In this document: positions 49,538 through 63,790 of the stretch, in pieces
Layout of the letters: the number at the start of each line of letters is the position of its first letter
How positions within the stretch are numbered: the first letter of the stretch is position 1
NCBI RefSeq assembly: GCF_001194135.2
Contig: NC_069004.1
Location: 14,182,719 to 14,246,718, forward strand
From: Octopus bimaculoides
Lineage: Eukaryota
Reading direction: 5' to 3'
DNA: 64,000 bases
Position numbers and translations under genes: made by a program
Notes under the pieces: model-generated
What the model saw: only the letters and a program-made list of their open reading frames with translations
The model's database searches: none
Told to the model about the DNA's origin: nothing

Positions 49538-51097
49538 ATATATAAATATATATATCATCATCATTTAACATCCGCCTTCCACGCAGGCATGGGTTGGATG
49601 GTTTGACAGGAGCTGGCCAATCAGAAGGCTACCACAGGCTACTGTGTCTGTTTTAGCATGATTTTTATGACTGGATGCCCTTCCTAACAACAAACACCCT
49701 GCAGAGTATACTCTCTCTCTCTCTCTCTTTTGGAGTCAATAAAATAAGTACCAGTCAAACACTGGAGTCAATGATATCAACTTAACCCCTCCCCTGAAAT
49801 TGCTGGCTTTGTGCCAAAATTTTGAACCAATATATCATTAAAATTTACTATAATTTAGATAAATAGTTTTAAAAAGATATTGGCAGTCTTCAGTTTATCC
49901 AGGATGTCAGAATGATGGTAAAAAATAATCGTAAAAAAGACATTTGCCCAAGGTTCCATGCAGTGGGATTGAACCAAGCAAAGCAAATTTTTCAGTCATG
50001 TTGCTTCCACATTTTACATGCAGTAATATATAACACTGTATGATTAATAAGTATCCTATTTTGAAGAATTAGTTCTAAGACCCCACCATTAACAACTATA
50101 CAAGAACATAGTGCCATATTTCTTTCTCAAGAGATGTCTCCCAACAATGTTACTGGTGCCACAACAACAAGACTAAATGCAAGACAGCACACAATACACA
50201 GTACATTCTGATAATGGCAGTAAACAGAAGAAAACAGAACTGCATGCCAGCATGGAACAAAAACAAAAACCGCACATAAAATAAGACAAAATTAATAGAT
50301 ATAACTAACTAAAACATCTCCATTATTCTACTATTTTCCTCCAACAAATGCAACTGTCAGTTCCAGACTGGGCATAAATCTCCATATGTAAGTGAAAGAC
50401 CTGAGAATCTAAGCAGCAAACACAATGGTAAATATATTGTAAAACACTAGGGTTTTCTTGCCGCTGTTGTTGTCGTTGGTTTTCTTTATAGCTTGTCATT
50501 CTTGTAGAAATGTCCAATATGTTTTATCTCAACACAATCACAGCTTCATTATTTGTAAATGCTCCATCAAAAACAAATTTAATTCCTGCAGTGTTTCAAT
50601 TCATTTCAGTTGCTGTGAATGTTCTGATTAGGATGTGGGTTTTCTCCCCACCCTATCTCTTTTTACTATCTACAGTTTTTTTTTTTTGTTGATTAGTAAT
50701 TATCAATTACAATTATCTCTATTGTTTTTATTATAAATCTCTAAAATATTTTAGAAAAAAAAAAGGCATCTAACTTAAATTCTTTTAAAGCTAATACATG
50801 AATAAAAACATTGTTTCCTGCAAGCTCTATACAATATTGATATTTATGATTTAAATATTACAAATATTTTACAAATTAATATAAAAAAAGAGAGAGATAT
50901 TTAAGCTAAGTTTTATCTAAAACATGTTCAGCACAAATGCTATAACATTTTGAAATCCTACAGTATTACACAAAACCATATAGCCTCTTGCTAAGCACAG
51001 TAACTGTGTCCTGTTATCATTCCTGTCCAGACTGACAGCACCCTTGCAATTCCATTAAAAGTTTGTGTCAAAAGCAAACCAATTATTTATATATATA

Positions 51098-51485
51098 TTG
51101 CTGTTGTTAACACTCCGTCGCTTGCGACGTCGAGGGTTCCAGTTGATCCGATCAACGGAACAGCCTGCTCATGAAATTAACATGCAAGTGGCTGAGCACT
51201 CCACAGACACGTGTACCCTTAACGTAGTTCTCGAGGATATTCAGCGTGACACTGTGACAAGGCTGACCCTTTGAATTACAGGCACAACAGAAACAGGAAG
51301 TAAGAGTGAGAGAAAGTTGTGGTGAAAGGGTACAGCAGGGTTCGCCACCATCCCCTGCCGGAGCCGTGTGAAGCTTTAGGTGTTTTTGCTCAATAAACAC
51401 TCACAGCACCCGGTCTGGGAATCGAAACCGCAATCCTATGACCGCGAGTCCACTGCCCTAACCACTGGGCTATTGCGCCTCCACT
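51098..51485 (-). mobile_element. Young full-length tRNA(Arg)-like SINE (OR-type)
   Basis: Minus strand: A box TAGCCCAGTGG, gacTCGcggtc anticodon-like loop, B box GTTTCGATTCC, CpG-rich body and (AAC)n-like tail. Octopus OR SINEs are described as tRNA-Arg derived; the exact family is not verified. Confidence 0.8.
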
Positions 51486-52190
51486 ATATATATATATATA
51501 TACACACACACACGTATATACACACACACACACATAGGTAGGTAGGTAGGTGTATGTTTAGTTTTATAAATGGAAGAAAAATGGTCATTTTTTCTTTTTC
51601 CTATCTTTCACACTCTTGGGACAGGCAGCAGCCAACAAAATGATGTCTTATTAAAAAGAATACATGAAGGAATGAAAAGGAAGCAACTTTTGTATTCTTT
51701 CAAGAAAATTTCATCACAAACATATGCAGTTATCAAGGAAGTTACATCATCAGAGGTCATTTGTTGATCTGATGATGCAAAGAATATATACATATATTTA
51801 TTCTTTTACTTATTTCAGTCATTTGATTGCTGCCATGCTGAAGCATCACCTTAAAGGGGTTTTCAGTTGAAGAAATTGACTCCAGGACTTATTCTTTGTA
51901 AGCCTAGTACTTAATCTATTAGTCTCTCTTGCTGAACTGCGAAGTTATGGGGACGTAAACACATCAACATCAGTTGTCAAGCAATGGAGCGGGGACGAAG
52001 AGACACCCCACCTCACACACACATATATATATGATGGGTTTCTTTCAGTTTCCATCTACCAATTCACTCAAGGATTTGGTTGGTACAAGGCTATAGTAGA
52101 AGACACTTGCCCAAGTTGCCTTGTAGTGGGACTGAACTGGAATCATGTGGTTGAGAAGTAAGCTTCTTACCACACAGCCACACCTGCATC

Positions 52191-52239
<49 letters not shown>

Positions 52240-52425
52240 GCGTGTTAGCTAACAATGCATACCAAGATTGCAGTTAGAAATCTTGCATTCTGAACAAACT
52301 ATTTTATGATAGTGAGGTCTGAAATATCTTTACCAGATGCATGAATGGCATCTCAATGCTTACCAGGGTAAGCTACTCAATGCTTACACAACCCAGGACT
52401 GATTTTGAACACTAAGTAGACAAAT

Positions 52426-52900
52426 AAGGTCCTGGCATGCACCCAGATACCCAGCCTCACCTTCATCCTACTTCAACAATAATGTCTCTGCTTGCTGGGC
52501 CATATACACTGCATGTTAGATGAGAGGATCCTGAAAGACCTTCTGTGTAAGGGAACTGGCCTTCTGCAAGAGAACAAAAGGCAAACTCCATCTTTGTTTC
52601 AAAGATATCTCTGTGTGTGAGAGAGAGAGAGGGGGGGGAGATAGATCGAGAAGCTGTTTCTTTGCATGAGTGTTGGAAAGTGGGAAGACATTGCTGATCA
52701 CTCCCCATTGGCAGCTAAAATCAGGCAAGGGTTAAAAAAATATGAAGAGATGCTGAGGCTTGCTGATGAAGAAAAGCTAACAAAATCAATGAAAAACAAC
52801 AAAACTGAGCGATAGTACCTTCAAATGTAATCACTGCAATTGGAACTGACTTTCACAGATAGATCTCCACACTCACAGCTGATGTTGCCATGCCAACAAG
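52426..52900 (+). mobile_element. Decayed RTE-clade LINE C-terminus with a terminal C2H2-like finger
   Basis: KVLACTQIPSL...LLGHIHCMLDERILKDLLC.ELAFCKRTKGKLHLCFKD...WEDIA...TFKCNHCNWN*LSQIDLHTHS*CC. Confidence 0.8.
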
Positions 52901-54343
52901 ACTGAAGCAAGTCTTGCTGCAAGGCTAACCAATGCCTCTAATACACACATATATATATAACATCTAACACAAACTCTGTCCAGTCTATGAAAGTAAAGGA
53001 AAAGTGGATGCAAAAATGGTAATGATCACAATATATACACATATATATATTTTATTATATGTATTTATTTTCTCCTAATTAATAAATAACTTGGACAAAA
53101 TAAATTGGCTAATAGATACCAGGGTAGCAAAGATCATAAAATGACTGGTGTAACTATGGAAGGCATAATTTGTAATCTTCGAAACATATGTTGGAAATAA
53201 AAGTATGCAGTTAACATATGCGTTTTACTCCATTCACTAAATTTATACATATATATGATCATCAGTTAACATCCGTTTTCCATGCTGGCATGGGTTGGAT
53301 GGTTTGACAGGAGCTGGCCAAGCATCATGTCTGTTTTGACATGATTTCTACAGCTGGATGCCCTTCCTAGTGCCAACCACTTTACAGAGTAAACTGGGTA
53401 CTTTTACGCAGCAGTGGCATGGGTGCTTTTATGTAGCACTGGCACAGGTGCTTCCTGTGTGGCACCAGCACCCACAAGCCTGGAAGATTAGGATCGTTCA
53501 GCTGAAGAGTGATGCAGGGGACATGCCTATTTGCAAGGACAACCACAATATATTGTCATTATCTACACAATTCCAACGCAATTTAAGAGAAATACTTATG
53601 ATGAAAATCTAAAGAATTCAGTGACAGAAGAACAAAAGAAAGAACAACATGTAGTACATGCAGAAATATCTACAGATAAGTGATGAAAGAATTTCTGGCA
53701 TGTTCCGGAAGTATGTAGGTGTATTCCTAACAGTGTATTGCAATAAATCCACAGACACCTGAAGGACTTTACCAGAGACTTAAACGCTTTAAATAAAAAC
53801 TCTTTAATTAAAACTACTTGTTTTTAATGACACATATATGCTGGTCTTTGACAGTCTCATATCCAACTACACTGAGATATACCATTATCACTTAAATGAT
53901 CAGTATTAAAACACAAATAATTTTAAAGTTACTAATCGTTATACATGTGGAAAAAAAATAAGAAAACACTGTCAAATAATGCTATGTTAGCCCTAAGACG
54001 GCACTTGTCTTATTCCTCAATCTTTGTAGATAAGAATTGGCTGGCAGCTACTCAACCCATATCTAATGCCAGATCTAAATGCCAAATTTGTAATTATATT
54101 TGCTTCTATCCTTCCTGGCATCTTCATATGAAGTGTTTCTTTGTTTAATCACCACTGCTAATCTTTCAAGCTTGTCCACATACAATACTTCTAATGTTAA
54201 TTAATAGCAATAATATTAAAACAATAATAATAATGATGATGATGATAAAAATAGGAATGATGATGATGATGATAATTATTTACCACAAGGATGACAAATG
54301 GGAAACATTACAAAATAGGATTACAAGTGAGAGTTTCACATAG

Positions 54344-54386
<43 letters not shown>

Positions 54387-56642
54387 CAAAGTGTTAGCGC
54401 TAAGCAGTGTTTAGGCATGAAACACAGATTCCTAATAGATGGTGACACTGAATGAACTGGGCGTTTCCACAACTTTTTACCATAAGAAAGAAATATTCTC
54501 CATGGCAACTGCAGTGTATTTGCCTTTTAGCAGTTGAAATATGTGAAAAACATATTTCAACTTACCTAACTCGGCTCATATTTATAAAAGTCAGGAGGTA
54601 TGAGATGAATAGCCATAAGATTGCCAACATTATGGGAAAATAATTTATTTTAGAGTATAATAGATTATTTTACATGTCTGTACTAGCGTTATATGTTATA
54701 AATTATATAGAAATATTGTACAATGTGCAAGGTTATGCAGGAAATGGAGGCTAGCTCTTCAGATCATAGAATATTATGGTTACAGCCATTCATCAGCTCA
54801 ACACACACACACACAAAAACTATAAAATATATGTCTTAAAAGGAGGACTTTCACACAGGGTGCAATAGGGGATATCTGAACCCTTGAAAGGCTCCTCAAC
54901 AGTAACCAATTACCTTCTCTCTGCTAGGCAATTACTAACAAAAATTGACAGTGGGAACATCCAGCTACACCAGACATACTACTCTGCTTGTCTGTCTGTC
55001 TCTCCTTCTCTCATTTACACATTTCAACAAATTTACTGCAGGACAGCACTTCCTCTCTTATTTTACCATACTTTTCAGGTGAGCATTTAAAGAGTAAAAG
55101 CTGATAAGTTGTTGTCTACAGACTGCAATCACCTTCCTTATTGAAAAAAACCCAAAAACAAAAGCAATATAAAAGCACAGTGATTTTTATGTTGGACTCA
55201 GCTAACAACCAAATCTGTCCTAGATAAACTAATACCACCACAACTACTACTACTAATAATAATCCCTTCTACTATAGGCACAAAGGTTGAAATATTGGCT
55301 GGAGGAAATGTCAGTCAATTACATCAACCCCAGTGCATAACTGGTACTTATTTTATTGACCCTGAAAGGATGAAAGGCAAAGTCAACCTGAGTGGAATTT
55401 GAACTGAGCTGTTTAAAAACACACAAAAAGTATTCCATTTAATTCTTGCTGTGTTTAAATTATTGTTACTTATCTATGTCCTGCTCACTGTATGAAGTGC
55501 TCATAAATTATCTTTATAACTTGCACAATTTATTGTATTGTATCATCTAGACGTGTTGTGTTACAATCAATGGAGCACATATGGAAGTGTTCTGATGTTT
55601 ATAATAAAACTTTATTCATTTTCCAATAAACTCTACTGAGTTATCCTCATTTTCCCAATTGTAAACATAATTTATGAACCTCTGACCAGATATTACTGAC
55701 CAGGATGCAGCTGTGTACTGAAAACTTCAACACCTCAAGATATAGATGAAAAATGGATTTAACAGTATTTGTGTGTTTTAACTCTTTAGCATTTAAAGTG
55801 GCCATATCAGACCCAAATATTCTACCTGTTTTATATTCAAACTGGTCAGATCCAGCCTATTACATCCACCCTTTAAAAATAAATAATCACATCATCGAAA
55901 CCTCAAAGCTACAAGATAATGCATGATTAATTAAGAACAATGTGAATAAATAAGCATCATTTGACAGATTAATTTGAATGCTAATGGGTCAACTGGCTAA
56001 AATTCTTCTTCCATGATGTTTTTTTTTTTTTTTTTTTTAGTTTTAACACACCTTCTCAGAAATAATCAATCGCTAGGTGAGTACAATACTTGAAAAAAGG
56101 TTTTGTAAGGGATTATAATATTCTAATTAAGAGCATTCTAGACAGAAAGACATAAAATGTCCTGCAAAGCATTTTGGATGTTTCATCATCGTTAAAGCTA
56201 TCCCTATATAAACTTATGACTTAACCATTTAGCATTTAAACTGGCCATGTCCAGCCCAAATCTTCTAGCTGATTTATGTTCAAACTGGCCAGATTTGACC
56301 TCTCTCACCTACCCTACAATGTCATTCTAAAATTATACAAGCACATTATCAAAATCCTGAAGCAACAAGACAATGTATGAGTAATTCAAAACAATGAAAA
56401 TAAATCAGCATTACATTTGAAAGAACGATTTAAATACTAAAGGGTTAAATATTTAGATTCCATTTTAAAGATGATAGCGAATTTACTCAGACAAAAGTTT
56501 GGCAACAGTATTGAATCAGTCAAGCAGCTACATGAAAGCCGTGTTGCCAGCTATTGTGGTTCCTATTTTAAAGATGGGTATAAATTTTTAAGAAACATTT
56601 GGCTTCAAATTGAACAATTATGTAAAAGTCACCTCTCTGGCA

Positions 56643-56673
<31 letters not shown>

Positions 56674-56675
<2 letters not shown>

Positions 56676-57720
56676 GGTGATGAGCTGGCAGAATCGTTAG
56701 CATGCTGGATGAAATGCTTAATGGTATTTCACCTGTCACTACACTCTGAGTCCAAATTCCACCAAGGTCAACTTTGCCTTTCATTCTTTCGGGCTTGATA
56801 AATTAAGTACCAGTGAAACACTGGGTTGGTGTTATTGACTCATCCCCCTCCCACAAAATGGCTGCCCTTGTGGCAAAATTTGAAACCATCGCCATCATCA
56901 TCATAAAAGGTGGCGAGCTAGCAGAATTGTAAGCATGCCTGACAAAATGCTTAGCAGCATTTTGTCTGTCTTTACATTCTAAATTCAAAATCTGTCAAGG
57001 CCGACTTTGCTTTTCATTCTTTCAGGGTTGATAGAATAAGTACCAGCCAAGTATTAGGGTTCATGTAATCAACTTGCACCCTCCCGCCAAATTGCTGGCC
57101 TTGTACCAAAATTTGAAACCATTATTATTAAAGGTGATGAGCTGGCAGAATTATTAGCATGCCAGACAAAATGCTTACCAGCATTTCATCCATCTTTATG
57201 TTTTGCATTCAAATTCAACCAAGGTCGATAAAATAAGTACCAGTTGAGCACTAGGGTTGAGGTAATTGACTAATTCTCTCCCACTAAATATCAGGACTTG
57301 TGCCTGCTATAGGAGGAAGGATTATACATCATCATCATTATTATTATTACCGTATTTTAATATGTATAAGGAGCCCCCTAAATTTTGGGGCTTAAAATTT
57401 TGACAAAAAGTTTTGTAATGGATTATAATACTATCCATGTATAAAAAACTCCTATATTTTTTTAACCTAATTTTTGAAAAAAAAGGGTTCCTTATACATG
57501 TTAAAATACAGTAAATGGTGAGCTGGCAGTATCATTTGAGCATCAGTGCCTAGTGGTATTCCTTCTGCTTCATTACATTCTGAGTTCATATTTCACTGTG
57601 GCTGACTTTGTCTTTCATCCTTTTAGGGTCAATAAGATAAGAACCATTTGAGTACTGGGATTGACGTAATTGACTTGTCCCGTTTCTAAAACTACTGGTT
57701 TTGGACCAAAGTTTAAAACC
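56674..57720 (+). mobile_element. Four head-to-tail SINE B copies, with a MITE between the third and fourth
   Basis: 56674-56888, 56907-57120, 57132-57322 and 57524-57720; the first three follow (ATT)n/(ATC)n tracts. Confidence 0.85.
57348..57513. mobile_element. Tc1/mariner (pogo/Tc2-like) MITE, 162 bp
   Basis: TA|ccgtattttaatatgtataagg...ccttatacatgttaaaatacag|TA: 22-bp TIR with 2 mismatches and TA TSD. Confidence 0.8.
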
Positions 57721-59426
57721 ATTATTATCATTATCCTCTTATTTAAATTTTCTTCTCATTTCTTGCCGAGTGTCTTCCTGACACCCAGGGCAAAGAAATT
57801 CACTGTATACACTGATAAGCAATTAAAATAAACACACCAGATTGTTCATTTATAAAGTCATGTGGTAGAGAAAAAGGGGGAGAAAGAACGAAAAAGGAAA
57901 GAAGAGAAAATAAAAAATTAAAAATAAATGAAAAAATTAAACAAAGAAGTTAAAGGGGCCCCTCAAACCCACCCTACAATGTCATTCTAAAACTAAACAA
58001 TCATATCAAGATCTTGAAGTTTCAAGATAATTCATGATTAATTAAAAACAACGCGAATAAATAAGCATTACATTTGACAGAGTGAGCTAAATGTTAAAAG
58101 GTTCAAAGAGATAAACAGTAAATTATTAAGATATTGGCAAATTTTTTTTCAAGAAAACTCAGGTTTATGAAATTCTCTTTTTGTCGAAAGAGAATATCCA
58201 AAAATCAAAGAAAGATTTTTAAAGATCATATATTGATTGCTAAGAGCATAGATATGGTTGTAAATATATATATAAAAAAAAAGTAAGCAGAATGAGAACA
58301 TAAGAAACAAGAGCACTCAGAGAATGCAAGCCTCTGCCAAGGTAGCATCAACATCATCTCAATGATTAGCCAGAGATGATTTTTGAAATGAGAATATCTG
58401 AAATAAACTCGACTGCTCTCACAAACGAGAATACTAAAAATGAACCTGACTGCTCTCAAAAATTAAGTAAAAAAAAACAGGTAAAATAATCCAGAATCCT
58501 TGTCTGGTACCGGACTGATCCCAAAATCTAATCAGTTCATGCCAGTCATGAGGCCAAACATCCTTGAAGTCTCATCTGAATCCATCCAGCGGTTCTTCAG
58601 ATATCTTGTCCACAGACAAACAAATACAACTGAAAACGCAGAGGTTATAAAACTTGTCTGTTTAATTCCTTTGGGGACCTTCTAAAATACAACTATACAT
58701 TACATGTATGTTCCTAGTCTTTTATAAGTCTTTCATCTTTTAGTTGTTTCAGTCATTTATTTGACTGTGGCCATGCTGGGGCCATGTCTTGAAAGGTTTT
58801 AGTTGAACAAATCAACTTCAGGACTAACTTTTTTTTTTTAAGACTAGTACTTATCCTATCAGTCTCTTCTGCAGAATGGCTAAGTTACAGGGACATAAAC
58901 ACACCAACACTGGTTAAGTGGTGGTGGGATCAAAGACAGACAGATACACACACACACAGACGATGGGCTGCTTTCAGTTTCCGTCCACCAAATCCGCTCA
59001 CAAGGCTTTGGTTGGCCCAAGACTATAGTATAAGACACTTGCCCAAAGTGTCATACAGTGGGATTGAACCTGGAACTATGTGGTTTGGAAGCAAGCTTCT
59101 TACCACACATTCATAAGTTTTCTTGTTAAAACATTTCTTTTTACAGTTGGGTGTCCTTCATACAACCAAAAACTCAGCAATAAACACGGGTGAAACACAA
59201 AAAAAAACAAAACAGAAAGCAACTGAAAGATGAATTGGTAGCTGCTTTTGACTTTTCCCTTCCTACTCCACAAAAGATGGAGGCCAAACACATTTACAAA
59301 GATTTGGACACTTTTATGGCTACAGTAATCATGTAAAAGCATAGAATTAGCTTTCGTAGAGCAGAAGTTATTTAGTGTGAAACAGAGACTGACTTGTAGA
59401 TGCGACAGAAAAGAAAGCAACAAAGA

Positions 59427-59645
59427 AGGCGGTGAGCTGGCAGAATCGTTAGCACGCTGGGCGAAATGCTTAGCGGTACTTTGTCTGCCGTTACGTTCTG
59501 AGCTCAAATTCTGCTGAGGTCGACTTTGCCTTTCATCCTTTCGGGGTCGATAGATAAAGTACCAGTTATGCACTGGGGTCGACGTAATCGACTTAATTCC
59601 TTTGTCTGTCCTTGTTTGTTCCCTCTATGTGGGTAATAAAGAAAT
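59427..59645 (+). mobile_element. SINE family B, young reference copy
   Basis: CpG-rich: aggcggtgagctggcagaatcgttagcacgctgggcgaaatgcttagcgg...gttctgagctcaaattc...gtcgactttgcc. Other copies at 20175-20305, 30765-30905, 44850-45065(-), 55260-55405(-), 62075-62282. Confidence 0.85.
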
Positions 59646-60264
59646 AAGAAAAGAAAGCAACATAATGCAGCACAAAGAGATTAGGATACCAGTCGTGTAT
59701 TCTCCTTGTCACTGCTCATTGCACAAAATCATTACTTATGTTAATAAAGAACCAGGTTTTGCTATTAAATATAGTAAGACTAGATATCATTGGACATGTT
59801 AATCTGGATAAGGATGCTTTTTTGATGAAACACAGTTATAGCCCCATGTCATTTCTGATATAGCAAACCTTTGATCAAAGATATTCTAATTGTAACTTGT
59901 TTTTTTTTTTTATCTTTTACTTGTGTCAGTCATTAGACTGCAGTCATGCAAGGGAACCACCTTGAAGAATTTAAGTGAAACTAAAATTAGTTTAGTAAAA
60001 CTAATTGATCCCAGTATTTTTTAAAGCCTGGTACTTATTCTATTAGTCTCTTTTGCCAAAATGATAAAGAGAAAAGTTAGACAGTCTTTTTCCCAAGATT
60101 CTTCATGGATGCATCACTGTGTTTATCACTTTTCCACTTCTTAAAAAAAAAATAGACGGTTTCCTGTGCAGAATGGCAAATAAGCTACATTGCTGAATCT
60201 TCTCAAACAGGGCAAACATGATAAAAAATGTGCTAAGCATAACCATGTCATATTTTATTCACCA

Positions 60265-60329
60265 AAAGCTTGTGAGTAGGTTTAGTTGACAGAAAGTGAA
60301 AGAAACCTATCATATTACACATGCATGCA

Positions 60330-60377
<48 letters not shown>

Positions 60378-60610
60378 TTTACATCATGCGATAGTTGTAA
60401 ATGAACATCTCCATCATACAAGCAGTATCATTTATTTTCCATCTTCTGTGGAAAATTCTAGCTATGGGGAAACATTAATCTTAATTACTTTACTTGGAAA
60501 CTGGTTGTAAGCCTTTCCTGTCACCACACCTCACCTTAGAAAAATCTGCTTCACTACTCCTAACCCATGTAAGCATAGAAAAGTAGATGTTAAAAGGATG
60601 TTGATGATTG
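60265..60610 (+). mobile_element. SINE with a family A-like core but a different body and an RTE-type tail
   Basis: caaagcttgtgagtagg...gacagaaagtgaaagaaac plus (TG)n, then a body unlike family A, then aacccatgtaagcatagaaaagtagatgttaaaaggatg. Confidence 0.6.
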
Positions 60611-63389
60611 TGAGTAGTATCCATCTACATTATGAAATATGTCTTCCTTTTTTTTTACTATTTACAGTAAGTCCTGTCCATTCTTTTTTCAAGACGGTAA
60701 GCTAACATTTAATCCTTTAGCATTTAAACTGGCCATATCTGGCCCAAATATGCTGCCTGTTTTATATTCAAACCAGCCAGATCCAGCCTATCACACCTAC
60801 CCTTCAATGTCATTCTAAAAATATATAATCACATCGTCAAAATCTTGAAGCTACAAGATTAATTAAAAACAATTTGAATGAAAAAGCATTACATTGGAAT
60901 TCATAATCTGAATGCTAAAGGGTTAAATGAATATTTGGATGATATTTCTAGCAAATCTTACATGTAGGCACTGATATTACATATTGAAAAAGTTAAGTAT
61001 CAACTATTTGATAAAATAAATTTACGACATTGAATATGAAGATCGCAAAAGACAAACAAACCAATGGTTGCTAGTTAGACACTGAAAATGAACAATCTCA
61101 CAGAATACTAAACAAGTAGATTAATTATGAAGATAAAATAGAAATTCACAGAAAATAATTTTGTTAAAAAAGGTGCGTAGATTGAAAAGCAATACAATTA
61201 AAAACAGTATTATTTAGTTCAATTAATTGTTTTATCTAATGTTTGGTCATTAAATTATATTAGAAAATAAAAATACTTTCTGTAAAAAGAATCAAGCAAG
61301 AAGCCATTTTGAGATGAAAGTCAAGTTTTAAAAAAATAGTGGTACTATAACAGAGATAATAATATTTAATATAAGAGAGCAGGAAGATAAAAGAGAAACC
61401 TATCCTTCCTAATCATCTATGATAATATAAAGATTGTAGATTACTTTTAGAAATCTACTAAATGGTAATTGACTGTTTTTGAATTCTAGAATTGTGATGA
61501 AGAGCAGCCACTATAAATATCGAGTGATATCTACCAAATGGAAATGAATATTTCCATTAGACAAATTTTGCTTTCATACAGGTATGATACAAAATAAAAA
61601 GTTCATTGAGAACATTTCAGAGGAGATGACAAAAGACTGATATATCTCGTACCTTGCAGTACTCAATAAAACTTGTCCCCTACAGCAGAAGTATTAAATC
61701 CACTCCCCACTGATGAAGAGGATTGACCTGTAAGAGTTCTGTGCCAATGCCATGTAAAAAGCACTCATGCCAGCATTATGTAATAGTGCTTGTACCAGTA
61801 CCACGTAAAAGTGCTTGTGCTGGTGCCATGCTAAAAACACCCAGCATACACTGTAAGGTCGTTGGTGTTAGGAAGGGCATCCAGCCATAGAAAACAAACC
61901 AAATCAGACTAGATCTTGGTGCAGTTCTCCAGCTTATCAGCTCTGGTCAAACCGTCCAATCCATACCAAGATGGAAAACAGACGTTAAAGTACGATGATG
62001 ATGGTGATGATGCTTACAAGAGTAAAATAATGTATAAATTATCAACCTCCCTCATCAATTATTTAATCTAAGGCAACAACCTGGCAGAACTTTCAGAATG
62101 CTGGACATAATGCTAAGCAACATTTTGTCTATCTATGTTCTGAGCTGAAAATTCTGCAGAGGTTGACTTTGCTTTTCAGGGTTGATAAAATAAGTACCAG
62201 TCATGCATTGGGGGTGCTAATATAATCAACTCCCCCCCCTCCCTTCAAAACCCACTGGCCCTGTGCCTAAAGTTGAAACCATTAATTACTTGATTTATAA
62301 AACATGTAAGAAAAAATACATATAAAAATGTAATAGAAATCCTTTCAAATAAAGTTTAAAATCTTTTAATGTCAACCCACCAAAAGCTTTGTGCATTGAA
62401 ATATTTATAAATGTATGAAGCTCTTGGCTCTTGAGTCACTAACTTCTACTGATTATTAAAAAAGATTGTATATATGCTCATGTTTTGAGTTCTATTTTCT
62501 TGTTTAGATCACCAAACTTATATTTAATTCTCATGCAACAACAACAATAACATTACTCCATTGAAACTACGGGCAAGCAGCAGGCCTTACTTCCATACAG
62601 CTCAATTCTACATCACATTATAAGTCAACTGTCCAATGTAACTACCCAGTCTTCTCCCTGAAATCAGCCTCTGTTTCTTGTAACTATCTGCTCTCCAAAT
62701 CCATTCTTGGTCTACTTCTGCTTCCAAACAAGATAATTTTACAAAGCTCTCTTGTATTCTATTAGAATCAAAGTGACCACAAATTGGCTCAATTATATAT
62801 ATAAAAAAAAAAACTGCATCTAAATTTGTTTCAGATTTAAAGTTTGTAGTAAAGCAGTAGATAACAAGATCGTCTGATTGTCATCAAAATATCTTGTGGT
62901 GTCTTTTTACTTTCCTCTTCAGATTCTAAGCTTAGATATTGCCGGGGTCAGTTTTTCCTTGATCCCTTTATAGTTGATAAAATAAGTAATAATCATGTAC
63001 TGGAGTGTGGATTAAATAAATCTACTACTCTACTAGAAATGAAGCTTAACACCAATATGAGAAACTAATATTACTCCTCTTATTTCTTTTTCCTGTTTTG
63101 TTTTCCCCTCAGTCTTCTTCAAAACTTCATAAACATTTACAAGTGGGGAGTATAGAGTTACTTCCAGGTCCATTCTGATCTGGAATGGTAGTACTTGTCA
63201 GAGACCCATCTATGAATTAAATAGATTCCTGTAAGGGTAAAGTGAGCTCCTTAGCTGCAGTGAAAGCAATAAATCTAGAAAGAAAACTATAAAATTAATA
63301 CTCTCTTCCAACATGCCCAAAGCGTGCATGGAAGAGTATGGCTGATGAAACTAACATGAGGCATGTCCAATAACATAGATTCATAAAAC

Positions 63390-63557
63390 AGAGGTGCAGG
63401 AGTGGCTGTGTGCTTAGTAGCTTGCTTACCAACCACATGGTTCCAGGTTCAGTCCCACTGCATGGCATCTTGGGCAAATGTCTTCTACTATAGTCTCGGG
63501 CTGACCAAAGCCTTGTGAGTGGATTTGGTAGACAGAAACTGAAAGAAGCCCGTCGTA

Positions 63558-63600
<43 letters not shown>

Positions 63601-63790
63601 TTGTGTGTCTGTGTTTGTCCCCCTAGCATTGCTTGACAACCAATGCTGGTGTGTTTATGTCCCCATCACTTAGCGGTTTGGCAAAGGAGACCGATAGAAT
63701 AAGTACTAGGCTTACAAATAATAAGTCCCAGGGTCAATTTGCTCGACTAAAGATGGTGCGCCAGCATGGCCGCAGTCAAATGAACAAAAA
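63390..63790 (+). mobile_element. SINE family A, young reference copy with an internal (TA)n(TG)n microsatellite
   Basis: tRNA-like head aggtgcaggagtggctgtgtgc...ggttccaggttcagtccc, conserved core, microsatellite at 63556-63600, tail ...ccagcatggccgcagtcaaatga. Confidence 0.88.

Noticed and set aside
51400-51485. tRNA-like sequence
   Set aside because: SINE head: has A/B boxes but no proper acceptor stem, and continues into the SINE body.
53690-53762. GTGATGA...CTGA as a C/D snoRNA
   Set aside because: No terminal stem, no convincing C'/D' boxes and no rRNA complement that I can recognise.
54029-55078. Chaining + strand candidate exons at 54029-54088, ~54530-54597 and 55042-55078
   Set aside because: A frame-compatible chain can be built, but donors are weak and the peptide is unrecognisable; not supportable.
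58480-58680. Possible Helitron/HINE-like non-autonomous element (also 30090-30330)
   Set aside because: Only a vague resemblance to recalled motifs; single copies with no diagnostic termini visible.
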